Assembly: GCA_951406725.2 (NCBI GenBank)
Contig: OX597815.1
Location: 155,682,001 to 155,746,000, forward strand
Reading direction: 5' to 3'
Origin: Octopus vulgaris
Lineage: Eukaryota
DNA: 64,000 bases
In this document: positions 14,002 to 28,530 of the stretch, in pieces
How positions within the stretch are numbered: position 1 is the stretch's first letter
Layout of the letters: every line of letters begins with the position of its first letter
Position numbers and translations under genes: made by a program
The notes under the pieces: generated by a model
What the model was told of the DNA's origin: nothing
Databases searched by the model: none
The model's input: only the letters and a program-made list of their open reading frames with translations

Positions 14002-14662
14002 CTAAACAAAGAAAACAACAGAAATGTCAATTATTGTCAAATAAAAAATACATACATATATATATATATATATATACATCTAATATAGGATCTAAAATTA
14101 ATGATTTTGTAAATTTTTCAAAAACGTCCATCCTCTTTGCCCTTACCCTGTATAAGTAAGTAACCATTCAATGGAAGTATGATGTAATATTATTGAATAA
14201 TCAGCTCCATTCATATTCATTTATTATTATTTTATATATATGCATATATATATGCATATATATATATATATATAATTATTTGTAGGATTCACTTGAACCA
14301 AAGTATTTCAATAAGGGCACCAATTTAGGGTTGAAATCAGCGTATCCATGTATATACTGTATACAAACATTCCTGTATATATCCATGCATATATGGACAT
14401 GTCCAAACACTTATATATACATGTACATGTACATAAACACATCCATATAAATATACATGCATATGAAATTATATAGACATGAACACTGGCATACAATTTC
14501 ATGATCCACTGTGAGTTCCAGATCCAATGAAGTATAAGCTACATATGTGTGTGTAAGTCATCTAAGAATCCGTAAGTCAGATAAAAATGCACTTGTATAT
14601 CTGTCAATAGAATGAGTATATAATCCAAAGTGTACAGTATAATATATCCACTATGGGCAGTT

Positions 14663-14820
14663 TTACCTAACAGTTTTGCACTGGGGATTTAACAATCTGG
14701 TTATGTAACCCTGTGCTATTCAGAGGTAGTTGATATGGAACAAAATACGAATGAAATATAGCCATATTTCATTCCATATTGGTTACCTCTGATGAGCGCA
14801 GGGTTACATAATGGGATTGC
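14663..14820. ncRNA. Inverted pair of degenerate hammerhead motifs (fold-back)
   Basis: Minus copy: CTACCT-CTGAATA-GCACAGGG...CCCCAGTGC-AAAA-CTG-TT-AGGTAA. Plus copy: TTACCT-CTGATGA-GCGCAGGG..., cut off at an RTE fragment. The consensus of the two is a canonical minimal hammerhead. Confidence 0.55.
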
Positions 14821-14821
14821 T

Positions 14822-15190
14822 ACCTGTATGGTTCTGGCCATTCCTGATGAGCAGGTGACTTGACCAAACCACTTGAGTTTGTGTTTCTTTATCGTGTAAC
14901 AAGTTCCTCTTAAGGCCCTATTGCCTGCCTTATGCTCCTTTCCACTTCCTCATTTGTGACACAATCTCTATATGATATTCCCAAATGTCTCTTGAAACAT
15001 TTCTTTGTAGCAGCCTGGTTTCTTCATTCGATTCCTGCTATCAGTGTCCATGTTCTGCAGGTGTACAGGAATACTGAGATCACTAATGATTTCATTAGCC
15101 TAATTTTGGAGCTCAGTGATATGTTTCTGTCTTTCCACAGTGTTCTGAATTTGGTCAGTGCTGCTGTTGTTTTGGTAATGTTTTCAGCAT
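14822..15190 (-). mobile_element. RTE-clade LINE fragment
   Basis: AALTKFRTLWKDRNISLSSKIRLMKSLVISVFLYTCRTWTL, VTNEEV and KLKWFGQV. Confidence 0.85.
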
Positions 15191-15385
15191 GGCGAATATT
15201 TTTCATAAAAAATTAATCACAGCACTAAATTAAGTTTCATTAGAAGTTAGAGATTTTTTTACCTTGTAAAACAATTCTACTGACTTGGTTTCAAATGGAA
15301 TAACAAATGCCAGTGAAGCTGCAAATTTTAATTTTGATTTTCTTTTAGAGGCAACAAATTCTACATGTAGTTGTTTAAATCAATG

Positions 15386-15428
<43 letters not shown>

Positions 15429-15517
15429 GTTTACTTTTGTTTCAACACATCATTAAACTCTATGGACAGAAATGGAAATATTCAACATGGCCCAGCATGG
15501 AAGATGGACATTAAATA

Positions 15518-15559
<42 letters not shown>

Positions 15560-15855
15560 ATGATGATGATTATGATTTTAAGCTTTTTATTCACCCACGT
15601 GCACATTCACACATACACATACACATGTACACTCAAACATGCACAGACACACAGACACTCACACATGCACCTACAAGTACAATTTACACGGGAAGATCTT
15701 TGATTGAGCTTTTCGTCAGTTTAGATTTTCATTTGTTATTTTTCTGTGTAAATCGGTCATTGACTTGATTTTATTCATTGCCAAACTGATGGAAACAATT
15801 TGTTCCTACAATTTTCAATATAGTCTATAAACATACAAAAACACATAAACCACAT

Positions 15856-15911
<56 letters not shown>

Positions 15912-16283
15912 ATATGCATGTATGTATGTATGCACATTTGCTCATAATACTATGGAGACTAATAACACTCAGTGAAGATTGATTTTTTTTCGCTATGCTT
16001 TTTATATAATCATTCCCCATCAATAGTTCCATTTTATCTTTCAATGTATTTTATTGTAGGTTAAAAAATTATTATGGATAGAGTGATGGATGAATGGAGA
16101 GATTTACACACCCATGAATACGTACGTGTTTATAATATGGCTGACATGTCTTTTACATTTATTAAGGTGCCACATGCATATTACTATCACTAAATGTACT
16201 CATAATATAACCCCATAAACTGGCTTTCACCAGTAACAAATAAATACATTTATAAATATATGTCTGTGTGTGTATGTGTGTTT

Positions 16284-16314
<31 letters not shown>

Positions 16315-16519
16315 CATTATCATCATCATCATCGTTTAGCGTTCGCTTTCCATGCTGGCATGGGTTGGATGGTGCAACTGGGGTCTGGGAAGCCAGAAGC
16401 CTGCACCAGGCCCAGTCTGATCTGGCAATGTTTCTATGGCTGGATACCCTTCCTAACACCAACCACTCCATGAGTGTAGTGGGTGCTTTTTACGTGCCAA
16501 AAGACTTATGAGTGTTTAG

Positions 16520-17345
16520 ATAAAGAAATATACTACAATCAATTAAAAGCAGAATCTGAAGAAATGCTGATTAGCCTTGTTCCAGGAAGGGGTTCAACTG
16601 ACCCATCTTCCTAGTGAAACAGTTGTAAGGGATATACTTAACTAAATTTGTATCATTTGTCAGCTTAAAGAAGAACTTAGAATTTCATGCTCTGTAATCT
16701 GTTGGTCACTAAGGATGAATAGCATGAGAGAACTATTTAAGACATATACAGAGACATAGCAAGGTGGGAGTCACTAATGAGCTTAATGAAGGGTGCAGGA
16801 AGAGGTCTATCCCTACTTTGATTATTATTGTCCTCTGAATAATAAAAGAACAGTTTAAGGCTGGATGCCTGTAGGAACTCTTGTATTCTAATGACTTAGT
16901 TATTTTAGCAGAATCTGTTGAAGATTTAGAGAAGAAGATTAAAGATTTAGTAAGTAGAGGAGATAACAGGAGCTTGCTTCCATCAGACCATGCTCAATAT
17001 GTAGAAAAGAAGTAAGGGGAAATTCTATGCAGTGTACCTAGCATAAATAATGGGACACAAAAGATTTAGTTGGATCACATGCATGCTGACAGAGAAGGTA
17101 GACTTCATAAGCAGCAGGTGCAAAGGAGTTTGTAGTAGCAATGCACAGATTAAATTCCTTGAATTGCATGGAAGGCTCACTAGAAGTAGTTGATATATTT
17201 TGTGACCTAGTGGTTATAATAAGTAGAGAAAGTGGGTGTTCTGAAATTGTAGTAGCTAGAATAGGTAAAAAGGGAAAAAAGTTCAGGAAGCTAATACTTC
17301 TACTAGTAACAAAGGGCTTCTATTTGAGAGTAAGTGATGATGTTC
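16520..17345 (+). mobile_element. Degenerate RTE-type LINE RT fragment with a Cys-rich insert
   Basis: VPGRGSTD, ELLYSNDLVILAESVEDL (YADD box), PCSICRKEVRGNSMQCT and LEVVDIFCDL...GCSEIVVARI...KKFRKL. Confidence 0.8.
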
Positions 17346-17439
17346 ATGTGGTGAGATGCATAGATGTATGATTGTGAGATACACACACACACACACACAC
17401 AGATAGTGTAAGATTGTGAATTAATATAACATGTTATTC

Positions 17440-17658
17440 AAGGTAGGAAGCTGGTAGAAACGTTAGCATGCTGAGTGAAATGCTTGGCAGTATTTTGTCT
17501 GTCTTTACATTCTGAGTTCAAATTCCACCGAGGTCGACTTTGCCTTTCATTCTTTCAGGGTCGATAAATTAAGTACCAGTTGCATACTGGGGTTGATCTA
17601 ATCGACTGATACCCTCCCCCAAAATTTTGGGCCATTTACCTTGAGCAGAAAAGACTAT
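17440..17658 (+). mobile_element. SINE family C variant with an alternative tail
   Basis: Same head and central domain. Tail ccctcccccaaaattttgggcc... Confidence 0.85.
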
Positions 17659-18352
17659 AGCATGTTATCACTCTTGTACTCATTGCTAGACTTTCGAGAA
17701 AAAGCAGCCAAAACTCACCCTAAATCACTACAGACCATCCTTAAAGAAAACAACAAACACTTTAGACAAAGTAGTATTAACCACACACTGGTTGAAAACA
17801 ACGAATAAATAACAATAATAAACAGAATGGTAACAGCTGGAAAGCCTTTGATCAGGGCTGACCTGGGGTGAAACAAAAACGGCTATAATTGAGAAAACAA
17901 GATGTTTCATCTATTCTAGCTTTGTTAATATTCCAACCATGCTTCCATTGATGATTTATTGGATGCTAATCCAAAGCTCATTCTTCAGCTTATATTTTTA
18001 GCATTAAAAATTCTTTCGAAACAACACTAGTTATGTTTCCATGCATAAAATCTATTAATATTCCATGCTGTAATTTTGTAATTTATCAAAATATTCCTTG
18101 TTTGAATTAATTTGTCAATTAAAATTTAACCAATAATATCAAGCTAGAATATGAGATAATGAAATATCTATTGTCTTGTGGATTTAATATCTCAAAGAAT
18201 ACAGGTGATAAAATATCTCAGAGATATTGTTAGATTAATTATTAAAATTTAAATCAAAAGCATGTCATATGAAATAATAATTCATTGCTTATTGTGTTGA
18301 TACTCAACAGACAGTATTGATTGCTGTGCGCTCACACACGCACACACACACA

Positions 18353-18407
<55 letters not shown>

Positions 18408-18776
18408 AGGCTTACATATCCACCCTTGGCTGATTGATAGACTCCCTAACCTACCTACTAGGAACCTAGCAATTTGCCTATGGTGGTGGGTTTCAACCCT
18501 CTGTAGTTAAGAACCCCCTTTCATAGAATACCATTTTAAAATGCCTCCCTTCCCTTGTTTTGCCAAGCAGAAAAAAAAAAAGAAAAAAAATCTAAAAGAT
18601 AGAGGGAATAGGAAAAATAGATTATTTTAATCAAACAGAATCTAATTTTACACAGTTGCTTATAACCCTCTTTTCAAATTCTATTCCATCCAGCTTGTGC
18701 CTCCGTTTAGATAGTTGCATGGACCAATTAGTGGGTCTTCATATTAAATTTTTATTGAAATTACTAAAGATGGAAA

Positions 18777-18812
<36 letters not shown>

Positions 18813-18908
18813 AATCTTCACTTTTCATACTTGCATGCATCAGACAGAATCTGTTGAAGCAGATTTTATATGGCTGGACATCCCTCCTGTCACCAATCCT
18901 CACCTATA

Positions 18909-19144
18909 TATTTCTTTATTGCCCACAAGGGGCTAAACATAGAAGGGACAAACAAGGACAGACAAAGGGATTAAGTCAATTACATGGACCCCAGTGTGTA
19001 ACTGGTACTTATTTAATCGACCCCGAAAGGATGAAAAGCAAAGTTGACCTCAGCGGAGTTTGAACTCGGAACATAGCGGCAGACGAAGTACCACTAAGCA
19101 TTTCGCCTGGAGTGCTAACGATTCTGCCAGCTCGCCACCCTATA
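18909..19144 (-). mobile_element. SINE family C with 17-bp TSD, nested in an older (CAT)n-tailed repeat
   Basis: TSD accaatcctcacctata at 18892-18908 and 19145-19161. Confidence 0.92.
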
Positions 19145-19504
19145 ACCAATCCTCACCTATAATCAAGCAAGATAATATTTCCCCATAGTATGGCATGCTT
19201 TTCATGAAAGATTTGAAACACGATGCTCATCTAAAACCATCTAAAACCATCAAGAAACATGCTTCCATCTTATTCATTGATAATGTTTTATATACAATAT
19301 TATACTTTGAATATTATGTGAACTGAGATTTGCTATTGATGTGTCATTAGTGTTAATTTGTGTTAATTTAGCCAGCCAAGGGTTGTGGCATCCTTTTGGT
19401 GTTGTGGTTAGCATACCTATACAATTTGCAGGAGACACAGCATTTAGATCTTGTAAATGATGTTACAGGTATTTTATCTTTTATTCCTCTATAAATGTAG
19501 AGAA

Positions 19505-19825
19505 AGCACATGGCTTAGTGGTTTGAGGTAAATGATTCATGATCATAAGGTCATGAGTTCAGTTCCTGGTTGCATGTTGTGTCCTTGAGCAAAACACTAT
19601 ATTTCACATTGTTCCAGTTTACTCAGCTTGTAAAAACGAGTTGTACCTGTATTTCAAAGGGCCAGTCTTGTGTAACATTCTGTGTCATGCTGAAGCTTCC
19701 TGGGAACTATGCTAAGGGTACATGTGACAGTGGAGTGCTCAGCTACTTGCACATTAATTTGATGAGCAAGCTGTTCTGTTGATTGGATTAACTGGAACCC
19801 TTGTTGTTATAATTGACTGAGTGCC
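19505..19825 (+). mobile_element. Older SINE with the family B tail
   Basis: tggcttagtgg head, tgtgtccttgagcaaaacact core, family B tail. Confidence 0.75.
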
Positions 19826-20147
19826 ACCTATCTAGACATGTACATGCAATGGGTTTCCTTCAGGTTCTCTCTACCATTAGTCAGCTTGTGGCTATAGGAG
19901 AAAAGATTCTTGTCCAAAGTGCCATGATGTGAGACTGAACCTGGAACCTCATTGTTGCAAAACCATCTTCTTAATCACACTGACATACCTGTGCATTATA
20001 TATAGTGAAATTATATTGGTCCTTGACACATTATCACATTGTCACATGTTTCAGTTCACTGACAATACAATATCCTCTCGTATTCTAATACTGACAATGA
20101 TTTTTGTTTTGGTGTAAACATATTGAAAACATTGTATTCTACCTTAC

Positions 20148-20510
20148 GGAGGCGCAATGGCCCAGTGGTTAGGGCAGCGAACTTGCGGTCGTAGGATCGC
20201 GGTTTCGATTTCCAGACCGAGCGTTGTGAGTGTTTATTGAGCGAAAACACCTAAAGCTCCCCGAGGCTCCGGCAGGGATGGTGGTGATCCCTGCTGTACT
20301 CTTTCACCACAACTTTCTCTCGCTCTTACTTCCTGTTTCTGTTGTACCTGTATTTCAAAGGGCCGGCCTTGTCACTCTCTGTGTCACGCTGAATATCCCC
20401 GAGAACTGCGTTAAGGGTACACGTGTCTGTGGAGTGCTCAGCCACTTACACGTTAATTTCACGAGCAGGCTATTCCGTTGATTCGGATCAACCGGAACCC
20501 TCGTCGTCCA
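20148..20510 (+). mobile_element. tRNA-derived SINE family B
   Basis: tRNA-like head ggaggcgcaaTGGCCCAGTGGttagggcagc...GGTTTCGATTTCC. Tail shared with 7211-7486, 19510-19825 and 58620-58940. Confidence 0.88.
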
Positions 20511-21019
20511 TCCATTCTACCTTATTTAAGTATGTTATTTCTGAGAAAATACATGACCCCTCTAAACACATAGTATCCCCCACTAGTGCCCTCTTCACAT
20601 TTGCCACCTCTTTGTGAGCTCACAATGTCCCCAAGGAGACACTACTATGCAAGTGAAAAACCACTGGTCTACAACTATGCTGATGGTTCATGCATCTGGC
20701 TATTACATTTGTATTATAATTACATTTGTTCCTCTGAACTTGTAAGTTGTGAATTAAACCACCACCTGACTTCACCTTTTCTTTCATTTTTCATCCCTCT
20801 GTGTTACTCTCACAAAACATCCCATTAACTACTTTATTACATCTAGCTCTCACAGAGCTGTGAATTTTGGGGTATCTACTACCCCATTCCAAGTGTTTCT
20901 TTACTAACCCAACCTTTAGATGTTTAAGCTAAATATTGATCTCCATTGATCAGCAATGATAATGTGTAATGACCTTCCTCTAGCAAAAAAATAATTATAT
21001 GAGAACATCAGTGAATATT

Positions 21020-21330
21020 TATGTTAATCATCAACTGTCAATCTTACTAATCCTCATCTGTTCATCAATCTAATCATCAACTGTCAATCATTCTAATCAA
21101 CTATCAATCATTCTAATCATTAACTGTCGGTCACTTTAACCATCAACAGTCAATCACACTAATTATCAGGTTGATCGCATTAATCACCAACAGTTAACCA
21201 CACTAACTATCAAGTCAATCACAATATCAGCAGTCATCAACTAAATATCTGTAGCCAGTCAACTAGCAGTCAACAGCCTGTTGACAATCACATCAATTAT
21301 TCATATTTACATTAAACATCAACAGTCATT
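21020..21330 (+). repeat. Degenerate minisatellite (aatcatcaactgtcaatc..ct-like unit, ~25 bp)
   Basis: Recurrent taatcatcaactgtcaatc and variants. Confidence 0.65.
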
Positions 21331-21364
21331 CTCAGAATTGGCAGCACATTGGACTAAATGCTTC

Positions 21365-21905
21365 TGTAGCGTAGGTGATATTCTCACTGTTTGAGAGATA
21401 TATTAGAAATGATCTCGTGTTAGATAACAACCATTTTCGGCTATCTTGACCCTGTTGTGTCCCCTGCTCTGATTGGTTGACAGTGGTGCAGTTTGTCTCT
21501 TGACTTATTTCACGCCTGTGTGTAAGCCAACCAATCATGGCCTTCGGATAAGGTCCTATGACACAGTCTTTTTGGGTTCTCACTGGAGCCTTTAGCAGGT
21601 TATAAAAGCCTCCCAGCATTCATGATATCTCGTCTTAGGTTCTAGTCCCTTTCAGGACTAACCTCTGACCACAGTTTTTGATAATCTCTCTTGCTCTCTC
21701 TTGCCTAATGAAATGGCTCACTACTTTGAGTAATAACCGAATGGTACCGGTAAACTGCTGAGTGATTAGCTCAAATTAGTGAGTTATTGAGTTTGGTTAC
21801 CCCTGTGAGATTAAACCTTGATAGAAACATTAACAATTTGACCTTACACTCAGTTCTCTGGTAGCCTATGCAGTGTGAATTTGAAACTGAACATTTTCAA
21901 TAACA
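21365..21905 (+). mobile_element. Probable LTR (541 bp)
   Basis: TGTAG...TAACA termini, ATTGG at 21472, CCAAT at 21531, TATAAAAG at 21601, ATTAAA at 21810, followed by TTTGGT (PBS-like start). No TSD found. Confidence 0.5.
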
Positions 21906-22176
21906 TTTGGTATTCATCATCATTAGAGAACTGCTTTAACATCCACTTTTCAAATGCTTATGTGTGTCGGATGGAATTTGTTCAGGCAGATTTTCTAGGC
22001 CAGATATTCTTCCTTCTGCCAACCCTTCCTGTTTCCAATTAAGGTAATAAATATTCCTCATAATCAGATATGTTATTGTGGAAGATTGAAAATGAATGAC
22101 AGTATTTGTATGATGGTGACACTGACAACTATCGTATCTGTCAACGTGAGGAGGTATCAACAAACACACAAACACA

Positions 22177-22211
<35 letters not shown>

Positions 22212-22241
22212 ACACACCCACACACACACACATATATATAT

Positions 22242-22274
<33 letters not shown>

Positions 22275-22276
<2 letters not shown>

Positions 22277-22871
22277 AAAGTGAGGAATGAAGCTAATATG
22301 CTCTGCCGAACATCCAATGTCAGTGTATGCATGCAACAGAGTGCTAGTGTATTAAGAGAAAAGTTGGGTATAGGAGGAATTAGATGGATTGTGCAAAAGA
22401 GAAAGGACTGTGCTGGTTTTGTTATGTGATGTATATGGATGTGGACAGATGTATAGAGAAGGGCTGATCACTTAAAGTGGATGGAATTTGTGGAAGAGGG
22501 AGACCCAAGAAGACATGGGATAAAACACTAAAGGATGACCTCAAGATACTGAGTTTTATGGAGATGACAAAGAACTGAGATATCTGGTGCATTGCTGTTC
22601 TCAAGATCCATCAACCACAGCAAAATTGATACTGGTACTGGTGTTACATAAAAAGCAATTTTGCTGGTGTCACATTAGTAGCACTGGTGCTGGTACCACA
22701 TAAAATGCCCCCAGTGTATTCAGTGGAATAGTTGGCATCAAGCCATAGAAACCATGCTAGAACAGATAACGGAGTCTGGTGTGGCCTCTGGCCAAACCAG
22801 CTCTGGTCAAACTGTCCAACCCATGCGGGCATGGAAAATGGATGTTGAATGATGGTGATGATGATGATGAC
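22275..22871 (+). mobile_element. RTE LINE 3' end, with 3' UTR and (GAT)n tail
   Basis: RNEANML..., LREKLGI, VDGICGRGRPKKTWDKTLKDDL and EMTKN*DIW, then UTR ending catggaaaatggatgttgaat(gat)n. Confidence 0.85.
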
Positions 22872-23094
22872 ACGCCCACACAGCCACATGTAATGTGTGT
22901 ATGTACATGCCTGCACATGCACAAAATGAGCTTCTTTCAATTAGATTCCACACAGTGGGACTGAGCCTGGAATAAAACTATGTACAAGCCTGCACCTATC
23001 CATATAGTTATTACAAATAACGATTCTTAATGTAAATATATGTAAATTCATTGTAGGCCAGTGAGTTGCTGTTATCTTTTTTTTTTAAACCCCT

Positions 23095-24375
<1,281 letters not shown>

Positions 24376-24847
24376 TAGCAAAATTTTCTGTGCTGGTTAT
24401 GATTTCTATAGAAATAACCTTAACAAAATAATGAAATCTCTGTGTTTGAGTAACTGAAGACAGTTTGATCTATGACAACTATCATTTGCTTGTTTGTTTT
24501 ACATATATTTTTTTAATGTTAACATGGGTTAGACAAGTATATATTATTACAGCACTGTTTTACTGCTGGATGTCTTTCCTCTTGCTAACGGTTACCTATT
24601 TTACAGTCAAGTGAGGGAATTTTCCTTTCAATTTTCTTTGAAAGTGCTGACCTCAAGGATTTGTTAATAGAGAAATGTTAACAAATGTAACAACCCATAG
24701 CTCAGTGATCTCCATGTGAAGAATAAAATATAAACATTTATGCCAAGACATGCGTGCACACACACACATACACATTTGTTAAAATGCACACATACATACA
24801 CACATTCATGTAGGTATGTGTAAGTAATGGGCTTTGTACAGCTTCTT

Positions 24848-25083
24848 ATTTCTTTATTGCCCACAAGGGGCTAAACATAGAGGGGTCAAACAAGACAGAC
24901 AAAGAGATTAAGTCGATTACATTGACCCCAGTGCATAACTGGTACTTAATTTATCGACCCTGAAAGGATGAAAGACAAAGTCGACCTCGGCGAAATTTGA
25001 ACTCAGAACGTAACGGCAGACAAAATACCGCTAAGCATTTCGTCCGGTGTGCTAACGTTTCTGGTAACGTTTCTGGCCACCTT
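24848..25083 (-). mobile_element. SINE family C
   Basis: Same consensus as 54438-54669. Confidence 0.88.
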
Positions 25084-26024
25084 TATACAGTTTCTATGTA
25101 ACCAAAACACTCACAAGCTACTGGTTGGCCTGGGACAATAGAAGACATTTAAGAAGACATCATGCAATGGGACTGAACCCAAGGCCACATGGTTCTAAAA
25201 TGAACTTCTTAATCATATAACCATGCATATTTATTTGTACATATATTATTGAAGATTGGTGAACTTTATCAGAGCTGTCTTAAACAATGACAACACCGAC
25301 ATTTATATAATTTTTTTCCATTTAAGAAAACCCTATCTATATATTGTTGATATTAATCTTGAAGTACAATAGGACGGGCTTATATTGTTTACATAACCAG
25401 AATATCATTTACTTTGGGTTACTTCAGTGAGTCTATACCTATGCTGAAAATCCTTGCATAAGGAAGAAACAAGTTCAAAGTTATTAATCATCAATTACTT
25501 TTTACTTTGACTGTATATATTGACATTTTTGATATTCTTCACATTGAGCATACTTTCCTCCACATAACCATAGTTATTATAACTTCAGCATATCTTCTAG
25601 CTTCCATTCATCTTAGTGGAATCCATTATATTTGAAACTATACATTAACTCATAAGTGATGTGGATGGATCTATTATGAATAATTTTTATATTGGCTTAG
25701 GAAAAGATCTCCTGATGTCACAAACATCCACTTCATTTCTTGAGAAGAATTGACAAGAAATAAGAAAATAGGCAGCAAATATTGGGCAATATTTTCAAGC
25801 TGAATAGTCTGATAATTTCTCTACTAAAGAATATGCTGCAATTTAATTGCAAAATGGTCTATGTGACATGATGACAATAAACAACTATTAGTGCTGCTTT
25901 CAACATGTTAAAATATAAAGGAGAACCAAAGGAATATGAAAACAGGATGTGATGGGAAGTATTTTTTATAAGATATACTTAAATTCATAAATATCAGTTG
26001 TACTGAACTTTACCGTTACTACAA

Positions 26025-26920
26025 CCTTTATTGCAATCAAGCCTGGACACAATGCAGCAATGGATCATGGACTGGCAACTCAAGCTAGCTGTGGACAAAT
26101 GTACCACCATGCATTTTGGGAGGAAAAACCCAGCATCTTCCTCCACAACACTAATCTCAAAAAGTCTTCATGTGAACGTGACCTGGGTGTTATTGTCAAC
26201 AGTGATTTGTATTGGAGAAAACACATTGCTAAAATTGCCCAGAAGGCTGAGGGTGTCTTGGCATCACTTACCAAGTACTTTGTCAGCCACTCTCCGGCTA
26301 TCTATCTGAGGCTTTATATAGCTATGGTGCGGTCTCACCTGGAATTTGCATCACCGGTCTGGAACCCCTATCTTGTCCAGGATATTAATAATCTGGAGAC
26401 CATTCAGCGATGTGCAACCAAGTGAATACCCTCCATCAGGCATTTTATCATATTCTGAACGCCTTACTTCCCTGGACATGAATACATTGAAACTCCAACG
26501 TCTGGCAACTGACTTGGTAGACACCCATAAAATTATTAACCATCTTACTAACAATAACTCTGAACACCTTTTCAAACTCCACCTGTCTAACACCCATGGA
26601 CATGTTTAGAAAGTCAGAAAACAGCCCAGCTCTCATGACTTTTGGAAGCATTTTTTCATGCTAAGAGTTGCTGAAGTATGGAACAAACTGCCAGCATCGG
26701 TTGTTGGTTGTCGGAGCACTGCATCCTTCAAGGTTTCCATGCTTCCTGAGATTCACCAACACTACACCTGATTTTCTCCCCTCCATACACATGCAAGCAT
26801 ACACTGTTCACTTCCCAGACATTTGTACATTACTGCATATGCTTTATATGCACTTTTGACAAGCTGTGGTGCACCTGAGCACTGTATACAATAATTTCAT
26901 TATTATTATTATTATTATTT
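26025..26920 (+). mobile_element. 5'-truncated CR1-clade LINE (RT C-terminus, 3' UTR and (ATT)n tail)
   Basis: WQLKLAVDKC..MHFG, ERDLGVIV, YIAMVRSHLEFASPVWNP, LETIQRCATK, YSERL and HFFMLRVAEVWNKLP, with frameshifts. Ends in (ATT)n at 26899-26919. Confidence 0.92.
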
Positions 26921-26989
26921 TACAATAAACGCAGGTTGTTCAGCCTAAATTTGACTGTTTACATAAAATGAAAGAAAACACAATGTCCC

Positions 26990-27850
26990 ATAAAAAATAA
27001 AAGTATTTTGAAAAATCAAAAATGATCAACTAGATTATGGCAATGAGATAACATTTTATTCAAAGTAGCTGCCATCAGCTTCCACTATGGCCTCAAGATA
27101 GCTCTGGAACCTGGTGCCTGCATCCCTCACTGTGTCCCTGGGAAGATCTTTGAATATCTCCTTTATCATGGCCACCAGCTTGACCTTAGTGTTGCAGGCA
27201 GAGCAGTTAGTGTCTTTCTCAATTGTGCTTCACACATAGTAAATCTATGGGAATAATGAGACCAGAAATTGGAACTGGTTAAGTTGTAGAAATCCTTCAA
27301 CAACCACTTCTCACTCTTTTCAGAGGTATTGGCAAGAAGCTGGATCCTACTCCCCTACATATGGCTTTTCAGCAGCAACCCTCTCCATCCAGGGCATGAC
27401 CACAGTCTCCAGCAGCTTCACATAACCATTTTAATTGAGGCATTGAGGCTAAGGCTCTGTTCAAAGATGTGGGGATGAATTCCGTCATATGGATGTTACC
27501 AGAAACCTGCTGTGTCCCTTCCAGTTGGCCACCGCTTCTTAATCTCCATTGCAGCTGTTCATGTCACATCTTACATTCTTTACAGTATTCACAGAGCATT
27601 GAACAGCAGTATGATGCTGGCGTTTTTATAGCTAGTGTGAATCATCATGATGTAGGTAACTTGTTTCCAATATTCAGATGGCTTCCAGTCCTTCATATCA
27701 GCTAATTTTTTCTCAACTACAAATTTGATCTTTATGCTCTTGAACACTGTTGATTGTTCACTAATACATCAAGCTGTTCCTGATAAAAGAGGACATAAAA
27801 CATTATCAAATTTAGCCCAAACACCCTGCAATATCATTGAACTGAAAACT
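26990..27850 (-). mobile_element. Degenerate Tc1/mariner-superfamily transposase (maT/DD37D-like)
   Basis: Minus-strand translation gives PHIFEQSLSLNA, YVKLLETVVMPWMERVAAEKPYV...DPAS and C-terminal FQSYLEAIVEADGSYFE*. Boundaries are approximate. Confidence 0.7.
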
Positions 27851-28413
27851 GGGTGTTGGCATGTTTGCATGTCACTCATTCCCCTCTATTCTGTTCATTA
27901 TTACATTCAAATAAAAAAAAAAAGGATTAAAAAAAAAAAGCGATTGTAGTTTGATTTTAGTTGGATAAGAGGAAAGCTTACTTGTAACTGCTACCTGAAG
28001 CTTCGATTAACATTGGACTTTGCACAAAAATTTGAATTAAACTACATTATTCTTGTGAACCACAGGAGTTACCTCCCTTATTTGGGATACCCAATTCTTG
28101 TTATATTTGAAGTAGACATAAAATAGAAATGGTTCTGTTCAATTTAAGCAATAATTAGCTGTATATTAATGGAGCAAGAATTTCTTCTCAAAGTCTAAAC
28201 ATGTGGCTGGCTTTGTCGAAGAGATTTCCTAAAAAAGGAAGTATGTTAGTGCTAATAGAATTTGATAGTTGTTCAAGTAGTCTCTCCCTCCTAAATAAGG
28301 AACAACAGTCTATTATGGATCATAAGAGGGACATATAAGATGTCGAAGTACTTCTTGATGATTTTTGATTACATTTCTCAGTCCTTATTATTATTCAAAC
28401 TTGTAAATCTTTA

Positions 28414-28530
<117 letters not shown>

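Noticed and set aside
14844-14852. Second CTGATGAG near the hammerhead pair
   Set aside because: It lies within antisense RTE coding sequence, with no stems or GAAA partner.
20148-20225. tRNA-like sequence
   Set aside because: It continues into a repeated SINE body and lacks a proper acceptor stem, so it is a SINE head.
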